64,000 nucleotides of DNA from Octopus vulgaris (Eukaryota). A program made the position numbers and the translations under genes. The notes under the pieces were generated by a model. That model did no database searches. It saw only the letters and a list, made by a program, of their open reading frames with translations, and was not told the DNA's origin. The stretch lies in assembly GCA_951406725.2 (NCBI GenBank), contig OX597818.1:147188001-147252000 (forward strand). Reading direction: 5' to 3'. Numbering within the stretch: position 1 is the first letter of the stretch; every line of letters starts with the position of its first letter. Shown one piece after another: positions 41,470 through 55,530 of this stretch.

Positions 41470-42010
41470 CACACGCACACACACACTTGTTTCTTGTATT
41501 TATATTCGTGTGGCATCCTGTCTTTGTTTCGTATACATTCGTCCTCTTTCAAAGAAATCTAATGCCTGTGACTTAGTTCTTGGGGCTGGCCGGTTCGGAG
41601 TGATATCGAGATTAAACAGCCGAAATTGCTAAGATGATCCAGTTCCAACTGAAGATTAGAGGCTTCGAGTGACCCGTCTGTTTTTTTGTGTCGTCTCTTT
41701 GTGTGTTTTTGCGTTCTTGTCCGACTTTGTAATTTATATTTTATATTTTATATTTGATTTATATATATATACACATTTATATATATGTATATATATGTAT
41801 GAATATGCATATATATATATAATGTACATGTTTATATAGATATACATATATATGTGTGTATATTTATATATATATATTCTTTATTTTCTCTCGAAATATA
41901 AAAGACTTTCTCACCTTCCCAAGTGTCAAACTAATACACCTGCTTGTTTATACACCTGTCGTCATCCTTTGTTTTTCTGTAAATTTCAATTATATAAATG
42001 TGTGAGTGTG

Positions 42011-42200
<190 letters not shown>

Positions 42201-42269
42201 TTAGGAATAAATCCAAATTTACAGGGAAAAATCAGATATAGGATTGAATCCAATTTTATAGTAAAATAT

Positions 42270-42451
42270 TATATTATATTAAATTAGAAACAAAACCACT
42301 ATTATGCAAATCAAACAAAGAAAGACTTAAGCCAATACATAAAATAATTTATATAAATTAAATTTAATTAAAAATTATATAAATTGTTTTATGTATTGGC
42401 TTAAGTCTTTCTTTGTTTGATTTGCATAATAGTGGTTTTGTCTCTAATTTA

Positions 42452-42461
<10 letters not shown>
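42270..42461. repeat. Near-perfect hairpin (87-bp arms, 18-nt loop) between (TA)n runs
   Basis: 42270-42356 is the reverse complement of 42375-42461 with two differences by eye, one of which is a G-U wobble in RNA. Confidence 0.92.
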
Positions 42462-42499
<38 letters not shown>

Positions 42500-42652
42500 C
42501 ATATATAAGTACCAGTTGACCTCTGGAGTCAAAGTAATCAAATTGCTTCCTCACCTGAAATTGCTGATCCTGTATCAAAATTTGAAACTATTATTATCAT
42601 CATTATCATCATCATTTATACTGATCCATTTAAATATTTTTCTCTTTTACAG

Positions 42653-42761
42653 TTTTGGGAAGTGATCTCCGATGAACATGGCATCGACCCGACCGGCTCT
42701 TACCATGGTGATAATGATTTGCAGCTGGAGAGAATCAATGTCTATTTTACTGAAGCATCAG
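42653..42761 (+). CDS. TUBB: Beta-tubulin exon 2 (aa 20-56, [37 protein letters not shown])
   Basis: Polypyrimidine tract plus CAG acceptor at 42650-42652 and GTAATT donor at 42762. The exon is 109 nt, followed by the conserved phase-1 intron in codon 56. Confidence 0.97.
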
Positions 42762-42793
42762 GTAATTCAAATGACAAAGCGTTTGAGTGAGTG

Positions 42794-42858
<65 letters not shown>

Positions 42859-43026
42859 AAGATTTTTACAAGGAGAAGGTTAACAGTCACCTTGAAGTTT
42901 GCTGGTGATTACTGAGCTGAAATCTCACCAAAGCTCGCAACCTTTTCTTTGTAAAGAAACAAAAACACTTTTGTTTACTTTGTGATCCTTAAATTAAATG
43001 TTTCTTTTGTCCTCTTTTTTTTTTAC

Positions 43027-43546
43027 TTTGCATAAAACGATGTATATACACACATTTGCATAAAACGATGTATATACACACATTTGCATAAAACGATGTA
43101 TATACACACATTTGCATAAAACGATGTATATACACATGCATTTGCATAAAATGATGTATATACACATGCATTTGCATAAAACGATGTAATATACACACAT
43201 TTGCATAAAATGATGTATATACACACATTTGCATAAAACGATGTATATACACACATTTGCATAAAACGATGTATATACACATGCATTTGCATAAAATGAT
43301 GTATATACACACATTTGCATAAAATGATGTATATACACACATTTGCATAAAACGATGTATATACACACATTTGCATAAAACGATGTATATACACATGCAT
43401 TTGCATAAAATGATGTAATATACACACATTTGCATAAAATGATGTATATACACACATTTGCATAAAACGATGTATATACACACATTTGCATAAAACGATG
43501 TATATACACATGCATTTGCATAAAATGATGTAATATACACATGCAT
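43027..43546 (+). repeat. Minisatellite with a 28-30 bp unit (CATTTGCATAAAAYGATGTATATACACA), about 18 copies
   Basis: Directly visible. Variants are C/T at AAAAYG, a CATG insertion and GTAAT. Confidence 0.95.
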
Positions 43547-44206
43547 ATAATGTCATACATGATACAATGTTACTAAATCTGCATGTGTAAGTGTGTGTAG
43601 GTATATATGTTCATGTATATGTGTGTGTATGCACACTCATATATATTAAGATTTCGCTTAGTCATAATGGTGATCTTTCCCATGTATGTAAAGGCTTTCT
43701 TGAATAAAACTGCACTTCATTTTAGAAGCTTTAAAGTAGCTGTAAGGTGATGCACAGCTTTAAGTGCATTTCATCCCATTGTAGAAACAGCTGTAAGGAA
43801 AGGAAGTCGATTACATAATAACTGTTCTATTGTCATTTATTTAACTTCATATTATACATACCTATATATTTGCATATTTGCATATTTGACAGGAGCCATC
43901 CATGCAGAAGCCTGCACAAGACTTCTGTGACTGTTTTGGCAGGATTTTTACACCTTCTTAACACCAACCACTCAGCAGTATATATATTTGGATTATATAT
44001 ATATATATAATTATTATTAGAATTAGAATTTAGGGTATCTAAGAGATACCACCACACTTGAAATAGCAGCCAAAACTTGATTCTAAAACCACATTGTTAA
44101 AATAATAATTATTACCTTTGAAGGTTTTTATTCCCATGCTGGCCACTTGATAAGTTCGATATTTAAATAACGATCTTATCCTTATTTATATAAATTTATA
44201 TTTATA

Positions 44207-44598
44207 CTAGCAGTATCGCCCGGCGTTGCTCGGGTGTGTAAGGGAAATAACTATATAAGCATTTTTAGAGATGTAAAGTATAATAGCCATATCAATATGG
44301 CTAACCACAAAGGGGGGGGTTACTGTAGCTTTTTACGTTCTGAGATTTAACAATAAATTTTTAGAGAGTTACTTCCCTTATATATGCCAAAAATGCATTA
44401 AAAATGGGAGAAATTGATGGTAATTTTTTTTTTAAATTGTAGACTCATCGTAGACGCGCGCTAATACCCAGAAGGGCTCGATATGAATCACAACTATAAG
44501 ATACCCGGTTTTGGTTAAACTGCACCGCAAAATGTGGGAGTAGTTAGGAATCTAAATCGTAGGAGACAGACAGCACACAACCTCACTTTTATATATAA

Positions 44599-44601
<3 letters not shown>
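44207..44601 (-). mobile_element. Non-autonomous Helitron, copy 1
   Basis: The minus strand begins A|TC-TTTATATATAAAAG and ends with the CCCGAGCAACGCCGGG hairpin then CTAG|T. Confidence 0.85.
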
Positions 44602-44630
<29 letters not shown>

Positions 44631-44634
<4 letters not shown>

Positions 44635-45317
44635 CAAAGAAGAAAATGGAGAAGATAATCAATGAACTAACATCAGCTTGCAAACATTCATTTGGATCTA
44701 TTTATTAATTAATTACGATCATATGTATAAGTAAGTAAATAAATGATTGAATGATGCTATATTCTTGCAGCCCTTTCTACTTTGGGGTTCCAACTTGCCA
44801 AGGTTTACACATCATACCAGTATTATACAGAGATTGTACAAAGATTGAACAAAAATTGGACAGGGGTTAGACAATAATTGAGCCCCAAAGCTTCTTCAGA
44901 GAGTCCATAACAGTAAGAATCAAACACGTGAGGAAGTAAAATAAAATAAAATAATGAAAAATAGTTAGGGAACAGTAAAAATATCCATAGGTTATGAGAT
45001 TACATCTTATAGTAAAAAAAAGTCACTTGCAGATGTAATCTCCATAGGTTCTGAGAATTACATCTTATTTCAATTTACTGGGTGATGTAGCAAGGGTAAG
45101 ATGCAGTGGGGTGAGGTTAATGGAATGGTCCATATGACAGGGGTTAAAAGTTAGAAGCTAACGGCTATGTAATAGGATATCAAAGAATTATAGAATTCCC
45201 TTTTTTTATTTACTTACTTATACATATGATTGTAATTAATCAATAAATAGATCCAAATAAATATTTGCAGGCTGAAGTTTGTTGATTGATATTCTTCTCC
45301 ATTTTCTTCTTTGCCTT
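44631..45317. repeat. Inverted repeat (about 113-bp arms, about 460-bp spacer), probably Penelope-like or foldback
   Basis: 44631-44743 is the diverged reverse complement of 45205-45317. Confidence 0.8.
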
Positions 45318-45493
45318 ATAAATTCTGGGTAAATTTCTGCTTTACCCCAACTCATACCTATTATTCAATTGCACTACTGCTCTACAACAGTAAGCATTTG
45401 GATATAAATACATAGGTATACATCCAGTAGTATATTGGATATTTATTATCCCTTAGATGGTTGTTTAACCTCTAACTCATACAGACGTGTGTG

Positions 45494-45544
<51 letters not shown>

Positions 45545-45969
45545 AACCGTAAAGGTTCTTTTAATATACTGCCACAATTCCTGATGGAGTTTTTTTCTGT
45601 AGAGAAAAAGGCTACATCCCTTTTAATAGTAGTAAACTAATTACTGCTTGCTGCAGGGGGACTTGTAACCACTACAATATGTAGCGGCGGCAAGTCAACA
45701 GGTTGTTCTGAGACTTTACCTAAGAACCTTTATTTTTGGATATAACGGGGTTACTCAGATGTGCATGTGTTATTCGCTTCCGCTGTTTTCCAGAGGCATG
45801 TGTGAGTATGGTGTTGATTTCGAAATTGATTCAATATTAAGATAACGAAATTTAAATGTTCCAAAGGTAGAGTTGCCCGCATTTCAGTTCAACTTTCTGT
45901 AGCAAGTAGATTAAACATGGATTTCAGAATATTGGCGTTGGAAAACTTTCTTTAGCCCTTGCCTATAAG

Positions 45970-46001
<32 letters not shown>

Positions 46002-46017
46002 GTATATATATATATAC

Positions 46018-46123
<106 letters not shown>

Positions 46124-46196
46124 CATGTTGATTCGTTAGCTACTGCACGCATTTTTTTTCTCTCCTTCTTTCTGTGTTTTTTTTTCTCTCTGTGTA

Positions 46197-46234
46197 TCTT
46201 TCTGTTGAAGAGCGTTGGCTCGAAACGTTAAAGA
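46197..46234 (+). ncRNA. Minimal hammerhead-like motif with one core substitution (CUGUUGA), in a Penelope-type pseudo-LTR remnant
   Basis: TCTTT-CTGTTGA-A-GAGC(GTTG)GCTC-GAAAC-GTT-AAAGA: 5-bp helix I, 4-bp helix II and palindromic ACGU. The conserved A6 is replaced by U. Confidence 0.55.
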
Positions 46235-46412
46235 CTTGTTTTATTTATATTTCCTGAGCGCCATACTAATACAATTGTTCGTTTGTTTTCCACCTGCCTT
46301 CATCTTTTGTCTATTTTCATAAAACTTCCCGTTATATATATATATATATATAATATTTGCATATATATATATGTAGGTATGTGTGTGTGCATATATGTAT
46401 TTGCATATATAA

Positions 46413-46447
<35 letters not shown>

Positions 46448-46459
<12 letters not shown>

Positions 46460-46844
46460 AAAGTGAGGTTGTGTGCTGTCTGTCTCCTACGATTTAGATT
46501 CCTAACTACTCCCACATTTTGCGGTGCAGTTTAACCAAAACCGGGTATCTTATAGTCGTGATTCATATCGAGCCCTTCTGGGTATTAGCGCGCGTCTACG
46601 ATGAGTCTACGATTTAAAAAAGAATTTACCATCAATTTTTCCCATTTTTAATGCATTTTTGGCATATATAAGGGAAGTAACTCTCTAAAAATTTATTATT
46701 AAATCTCAGAACGTAAAAAGCTACAGTAACACCCCCCCCTTTGTGGTTAGCCATATTGATATGGCTATTATACTTTACATCTCTAAAAATGCTTATATAG
46801 TTATTTCCCTTACACACCCGAGCAACGCCGGGCGATACTGCTAG
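46448..46844 (+). mobile_element. Non-autonomous Helitron, copy 2 (inverted relative to copy 1)
   Basis: Near-identical reverse complement of 44207-44601. Ends CCCGAGCAACGCCGGGCGATACTGCTAG|T. Confidence 0.88.
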
Positions 46845-47040
46845 TATATATAAATATATATATGTGTGTGTGTGTGTGTATGTCTGTATAGGTATGCATT
46901 TATAAATGTGTGTATATATACATGTGTGCGTGTGTTTACAAAATAATTGTAGAATTGATGTACGTATTTATAAGCACACTTTACCACCCTAATTTTGAGA
47001 AATCATGAAATGATAAAAAGCATTGTTTAGGGAATTTATT

Positions 47041-47435
47041 ACTCTTTTACTTGTTTCAGTCATTTGACTGCGGCCATGCTGGAGCACCACCTTTAATCGA
47101 GCAACTCGACCCCGGGACTTATTCTTTATAAGCCCAGTACTTATTCTATCGGTCTCTTTTGCCGAACCGCTAAGTGACAGGGACAGAAACACACCAGCAT
47201 CGGTTGTCAAGCTATGCTAGGGGGACAAACACAAACATACACGCACACACACATATATATATACATATATACGACGGGCTTCTTTCAGTTTCTGTCTACC
47301 AAATCCACTCACAAGGCTTTGGTCGGCCTGAGGCTATAGTAGAAGACACTTGCCCAAGGTGCCACGCAGTGGGACTGAACCCGGAACCATGTGGTTGGTA
47401 AGCAAGCTACTTACCACACAGCCACTCCTACGCCT
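47041..47435 (-). mobile_element. tRNA-derived SINE (family C), near full length
   Basis: Minus-strand head GGAGTGGCTGTGTGGTAAGTAGC...GGTTCAGTCCC. The body is shared with 38850-39232. Confidence 0.88.
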
Positions 47436-47682
47436 ATTGATATAAAAATATCTTATTATTTTCGAAATGATGTGTACAATTTTTAATGAAATTTAGAATC
47501 TTACATTTTTTTCAATGGTCTCAGCACTCTTTGATATTGGATTGTCTTTCTTGTTGCATAACCCAACAAGGTGAACATGAGTTGTTGCCCTTGGTGTAAG
47601 ATAAGTCAGAGATAAATGGTGTCTGTGAACACTGATGAAAAAATATGTTTCTGTATCTTCTTATATGGTGACTATTACTTTG

Positions 47683-47912
47683 AAGGCGGCGAGCTGGCAG
47701 AGTGGTTAGCACGCCGGGCGAAATGCGTAGCCGTATTTCGTCTGCCGTTACGTTCTGAGTTCAAATTCCACCGAGGTCGACTTTGCCTTTCATCCTTTCG
47801 GGGTCGATAAATTAAGTACCAGTTGCATACTGGGATCGATCTAATCGACTTAATCCGTTTGTCTGTCCTTGTTTGTTCCCTCTGTGTTTAGCCCCTCGTG
47901 GGTAGTAAAGAA
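47683..47912 (+). mobile_element. tRNA-derived SINE (family D) with a Nin-like central domain
   Basis: GGCGGCGAGCTGGCAGAGTGG...GAGTTCAAATTCC head followed by GTCGACTTTGCCTTTCATCCTTTCGGGGTCGATAAATTAAGTACCAG. Confidence 0.8.
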
Positions 47913-48030
47913 ATATATATTACTTTGGTGCTTGTGTGTATGGTTATACCAGTCAAGCAGCTGTAACTATATAGGGATGTGTATTAATCTCCCTTTAACA
48001 GCTAGAAACTCGTTGGAATTGTTTAGCCTT

Positions 48031-49100
48031 CATCATCATCATCAATTTAACTTTTGTTGTCCATGCTGGCATGGGTTGAACGGTTTGACCAAGGCTGGCA
48101 CACTGGAAGGCTGCACCAAACTGCAGTCTGATTTAGCATGGTTTCTACAGCTGGATGCCCTTCCTAACGCCAACCACTGTGAGTGTGTAATGGGTACTTT
48201 TACATGCCACTGGCATGGGTGCCATTTGCATGACACCAGTATCTGTCACGACTGGGATTTTTCTCAGCTTGATGGGTCTTCTTCTCATGCATGACATAAT
48301 GTCAAAGGTGTTGGTCATTGCCTCCGTGAAGTCCAGCATTCGAAAGGAGCTCAGTCACTTTGCCTCCATGAGGCCCAATGCTCAAAAGGTGCTTTTTATG
48401 TGCTACCTGTATGGATACCAGTTATATGACACTAGCATCAGCCACAACTACAATTTCACTTGACTTGACGGGTCTTCTCAGGCACAGTATATCACCAAAG
48501 GTCTCAGTCACAAGTCATTGTCTCTGTGAGGCCCAAAGTTTGAAGTTTGAAGATCATGCTTCACCACCGCATCCCATGTTTTCCTGGTTCTACACCTGCC
48601 ACAAGTTCTTTCCACAGTCAGAGTTCAACACTTCTTTACACAGCTGTTCTCACCCATATGCATCACATGACCATACTAGCACAGTCTCTCTTGCACATCA
48701 CATCTAATGTCTCTTATGCTTAACTTTTCTCTTAAGATGCTTACACTCTGGCTTAATTTCTCTCAAGCCTACGCATGTCCTCGGCTGTCACAGCCCATGT
48801 TTCACTGCCTGTTTGCATAGCTGTTTGCACATAGGCATCATAAAATCAGCCTTTCTCTCTGAGAGAGAGGCCCTTTATTGGCAGCAGAGGTAGGAGCTCT
48901 CTGAACTTTGCCTAGCCTAATCTTATTCTCACAGCTAAGCTCTCGGAGCATCCACCTCTAGCTTACCTTGCTGGCAGTTGATGGAGTCTATTTTCTGTGC
49001 ATTTTCGATGTTTATTATACCTGTGCATCTTCCACATACAAAAGCTATTTCCCCTGTTAACCTTCCTCTGATATTGCTGCACCTTTTATGTGTCCAAATC
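48031..49100 (-). mobile_element. RTE-clade LINE 3' fragment
   Basis: The minus strand reads RIRLG*AKFRELLPLLPIKGLSLREKG*FYDAYVQTAM. It ends in the same 3' tail and (GAT)n as the RTE-tail short elements. Confidence 0.75.
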
Positions 49101-50063
49101 CTTATGTCCAAAGCCCTATGTCAAAATCCTGTCCAAGCAGATTTATGATGGAAAGAGTTCCATCCTTGACCATCCTTTATTTTTCAGACTGTATATGTGT
49201 GTGTACGTGTGTGAGTGTGTGTGTGTTTGCGTGTGTGTGTGTTTGTGAGTGTGTGTACACGGTTGCATGCATGCACATGCATGTATGAAATTAGCTGAGT
49301 CATTAGTGTTTCTGATTGAACGCCTCATATTATTTGTTATTTTGGCATTAGGAAGGGCATCCAGCCATAGAAACCAAACCAAGTCAGACTGGAACCTTGT
49401 GCAGTTCTCTGGCTTGCCAGCTCTGGTCAAACTGTCCAACCCATGCTAGCATAGAAAATGGACGTTAAAGGTTGATGATGATGATCATGATGATGATTCT
49501 CTGTGCTCCAAGTTCAAGTCTTATTGAGGTCAACTTTCGCTTTCATCCTTTTTGAGTTAATAAAAACATACAGATCTAGATTGGTGTATTGGTAAAAATG
49601 TAAAAATATCAAACCGAATACCTTGTGATATTTGTTCCAGCTCTTTGCATTCAGAGTTCAGCTCTTGCTATGGCTTACTTGGATGGTTGATTTTAATCTG
49701 CCACTCGGTTTAACATCACTACCTAGTATCTCAGATATTTTTAATAGAGTACACACTCTTGTGAGCTTTTGAACCAGGTCTTCATTCTGAGAATACCTTC
49801 TTCCCTACTTCCTTCCCATACTTCCTTCTACAAATCTCAGAAGACATGATCATGGGTACTACCTTCCTTTCTAATTAAAGGATTAAAAAAATTATTTAAG
49901 TGTTTTTTTCATTTTTATTTTTCATAAGGCTGTGGAAAAATAGGCATGTTTCTAACAAGTGCTTTCTACTGTAACCTGCCTAACCAACGCCTTGTGAAGG
50001 AATTTGATCTATGAAAACTTTAAAAAAGATTGAGTGTGTACACGCGTGCACGCATGCTTATGT

Positions 50064-50679
50064 TGAGGTATGTTCAAAAAGTATCCAACTCTATTTTTTA
50101 TCTTACCAAAACTAATGTTGCGTGGGCAAAATCCTTTGGGTAGGAGGTGACACCACATCACTGGAGATCAAGGCACACTCAGGCAGACCATCAACAAGTC
50201 AAATTGAGGAGCTGATTGAGACGTTTTTGTGAAAAGTCATGGAAGACAGTCATGTAAGAATCCAGGAAATTGCTCATGAAATGGATCATTGCATTCCATT
50301 TTAATGGAGGATTTGTACATGCAGAGAGCATTGGCAAAATTTGTCCCCAAGGTGTTTGCAGAGAAGTGGAAGCACATCTGCATAGAAATTGCTCAGGACA
50401 TGCTGGACTGTGAAAACCATGACCCAGGCTTCATGAAGACCATCATCACTGGTGATGAGACATAGGTTTATGGTAACTGCTTGGTGCACTTATTTTGTGT
50501 GAAAACGAAAATCCAATGTGTTCACACTACACATCTGTACTCTAGACACCAGCCAGGAACAAACATTTTCCCACATGTGCAGGGAGGGTGGCTTCACCTC
50601 CCACCCATATGATTTTGCCCTCACGGCATTAGGTTTGATGGGGAAAAAATAAAATTGGATACTTTTTGAACATACCTCA
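50064..50679 (+). mobile_element. Internally deleted mariner transposon
   Basis: TIRs TGAGGTATGTTCAAAAAGTATCCAA / TTGGATACTTTTTGAACATACCTCA followed by TA. Internal TIITGDET*VYG is the first D of the mariner catalytic triad. Confidence 0.85.
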
Positions 50680-51523
50680 TATGTATGATTGTATGCATAC
50701 AAGCATGTATGTCATCATCATCATCACCATTTCACATCCATCTTCCATACTGTTTGACAGGGTCCAATGAACTGAAGCTCAACGTTGAGCTTCAGTATCT
50801 GCTTTGGTGTGGTTTATATTGGTTGGATGTCCTTCCCTATGCCAACTACTTTACAGAGGATACTGGGTACTTGTTGAAAAACACCAGCACTAGTGAGGAG
50901 GCCAAGTCACTCCCAAGATAAAAGAGATTCTTCCTTGAGTGAGTAGGGTTGTAGTAGGGAGGGAAGTGGCTTATTGCCAGGTGGTGAGAGGTTAAAGAAG
51001 GGAGTAGCTGGATGGATGACAAGCTGGTGACAGGGATTTCCCAGCATACACTCAGGGAATAGGAAAGTGAGTATAAGAGGGAATACAGACAAAGGATCAG
51101 GAAGGGTGGCTGTGTAAGAGACTGAGAGGAGAGTGACTGATAGGGCAGGGAGTGTAGATATAAGAGTGGTTTATCAAGGAGACCTCTAGCAGTGGTGGAA
51201 GGGCGGTAAACAGCAGTATAATAAGAGATAGGTCAGAAAGTAGGGATATGTATATATAGACGTGTGTGTATTTGTGTGTTTGTGTGCATGTGTGTGTCTG
51301 TATTTGTTTTTGTTATATTATAGAGACAAGTCAAGGGACTACATCACACTCCCTAAGTTTAATTTTGGGTTTAGTTTCTGTGACAGGATGCTCTTCCTGA
51401 CAGCCACTTTGCACAGGGTGGGTGCATTTTATCATAACACCAGCACAGAAAAAAGTGGTAAGGATATGATAGATAACAAGGGGGAGATGGCTAGTGAGTA
51501 TGCATGTGTGTGTCTTTGTATGA

Positions 51524-52048
<525 letters not shown>

Positions 52049-52884
52049 TAATTTTCACTTTTTTCCTAAAATTTTTCTTAAGTTTCCTAAGATATTTTAA
52101 GCACAAATGACCATCCCCTTTTAAGGTTTGGATATATACGAGAGATACTTTTCTCAGGGTGTCTAGTACATATTATTTACAATTTGGTGAACTGTGCAGT
52201 ATCTTGTGCAGGTATCTTCAACCCAAGCATTTGTCAGCTTTAATGAACACCTCCAGTTTGTAACCTTTACATATATGAGAGCTAATATTCTCTTTGTCTC
52301 TATCATCAACAAGAATAACATTCCCATGACATCTAGTATGTATTTGTTCCAGATTGATGATGCATGTGGTACTTTCAGCAAGTGCCTTCTACCATAACTT
52401 CATGTAGACCTAAGTTTCATGAGTAAACAAGTTGGGTAAACAAAACTAAAATTCTGTAGAACTCTACAGGCTGACCTGTATCTGTTGTTGGGTAGTAGAC
52501 TCAATCCACGGCATGTTTTAACCCCACCTCTTGGCCTTCGTGTTTCTATTAGCAAAGGCCAATCTGTCACAGACATTTGGACCAGGTTTCTAGTCTGGGG
52601 ATAACTTGATATCTTTATTTGCAGCTTTCTACCATATCAACACATAAATTAAGATTTTCTCTCTGTTTCATTAGAAGAAAGGACATTTCCTTCTCCCCGA
52701 CTCCCGGTCCTCCAATTTTTTTTTTTTCAATTGCTACAATATATGATAAAGTTTCTTGCTCAGAAATACAAATTAAGAACCTTCAATGGGTTGAGCAAAA
52801 GATCTGTGAAGTTGTATCACAAAATATTGTCCTCTTGACCATTTTGCCTGTTGATTAGTTTTCAAATATAACAACTGTTGTTTT

Positions 52885-52923
<39 letters not shown>

Positions 52924-53134
52924 GCTTCCTTCAGTTTTCCTCTACCAAATTCCCTTGCAAGACATTTGTCAGACAGGGCTAGTGCTGTGGGACTGAACCC
53001 AAGGTCAGGTTGTTGAGAAACAAATTTCTTAAACCACACGGTTATGTCCATGCTGGAATATGAAATTGTATAATAAACAGTAAGAAAAGAAGTCTGAGGT
53101 GGGAGGCACATCCAACATGTAAAAATTTAAGTAA

Positions 53135-54073
<939 letters not shown>

Positions 54074-54193
54074 ATGTCATTCTATAATCCTAAACTATGT
54101 TTGATGTGAAATGTTTCTTGTTTCTATATGAAATGCTTCCAATACTAAGCCTGAAATTTTTTGGTGTTGCAAAGATGTATGTGATGTAATATC

Positions 54194-54199
54194 AATAAA
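54194..54199 (+). terminator. Candidate polyadenylation signal (further AATAAA at about 54268, 54377 and 54404)
   Basis: First AATAAA, 120 nt after the stop codon, followed by T/GT-rich sequence. Confidence 0.55.
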
Positions 54200-54865
54200 T
54201 CTCAAATGTTGAGAATATGTCAGACTTTGGTCATATTTTACTTGTCATTTGGTCTGTATTCTTTTCAAATAAATATTATTTAAATGTATCATTGTTATAT
54301 TTAATGATGAAATATGAATGAAATGTAAGCAAAGGAAGATTTGCTGGAAGCCATGACAATTCTAAATATATAGAAAAATAAATTTATTCAATATTTTTGT
54401 TTTAATAAAATCTAATCTGGAAATGATTAGAGTTTATTAAAGCTTGTATTGATTTTGGTTGATTTGTGTTTTTTATTTTTTTCTAAACTGTAACTCAGTA
54501 ATATGATTGAGTTCAGTATGAGGTTAAATCAGTCAATTATTTCTATAAAAGCTTGCAAATTTATTTCATCTTTGTATCCCATGGGGAGACGTGAACTTTG
54601 ATATTTCAAGTAAAACCCTTCATCAGAGGTTAGAACCTTTTTAAAAAATTTATACTGTCAGTGATATTTAAAAATGTATTCTTCTTCTGACAAAGAGCTT
54701 TGCTCAAAACATCACCATTCTCATCTATTAACAGTACACAATATTATTAAAATTTACAAACTTTGCTAAAAACAAATTTAACTGATACAGACCACCATTA
54801 ATGTTCTTGGAGACTGTATTATTAATTTGTTTTTTTATTTCTAAGATGTGAATGAATATATATAT

Positions 54866-55160
54866 ATCACGTGATCACCATGACTGACCAGAGCATCAGA
54901 TGTTGCTGCACATCGCTGGTCACAATGTGCTTCGCATTGTTTTAGCCTTCAAATGACGCCACCCCACTGGCTAAGCGAGCAGGCCAACAGAAGAAAGAGT
55001 GAGAGAGCACAGCAGGGATCGCCACTACCCCCCGTTGGAGCCTCGTGGAGCTTTATGTGTTTTTGCTCAATAAACACTCACAACGCCTGGTCTTGGAATT
55101 GAAATCGCGATCCTGAGACCGTGAATCCACTGCCCTAACCACTGGGCCATTGCACCTCCA
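54866..55160 (-). mobile_element. tRNA-derived SINE (family A), inverted copy
   Basis: Reverse complement of 14899-15204 with a short internal deletion. Confidence 0.85.
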
Positions 55161-55166
55161 CATGAA

Positions 55167-55217
<51 letters not shown>

Positions 55218-55429
55218 CATCATCATCATCATCATCGTTTAACGTCCGCTTTCCATGCTAGCATGGGTTGGACGGTATATATATATATATATATGCATAT
55301 GTATATGTATATATATGTATATGTATGTGTATATGTATATGTATGTGTATATGTATATGTATGTGTATATGTATATGTATATGTATGTATATATATATAT
55401 ATGTATGTGTATATATATATATATTTATA

Positions 55430-55464
<35 letters not shown>

Positions 55465-55530
55465 TATGATAAAAGGCAGATTTTCTCTGCCTGTGACTAT
55501 GTTTCTTTTTAATACAATTGTACAATATAG

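Noticed and set aside
42989-43560. CRISPR-like array or Cys-rich repeat protein
   Set aside because: The units are head-to-tail with no unique spacers, there are no cas genes, and the array is in a eukaryotic intron. The ORFs are open in all three minus frames, as expected for a repeat artefact.
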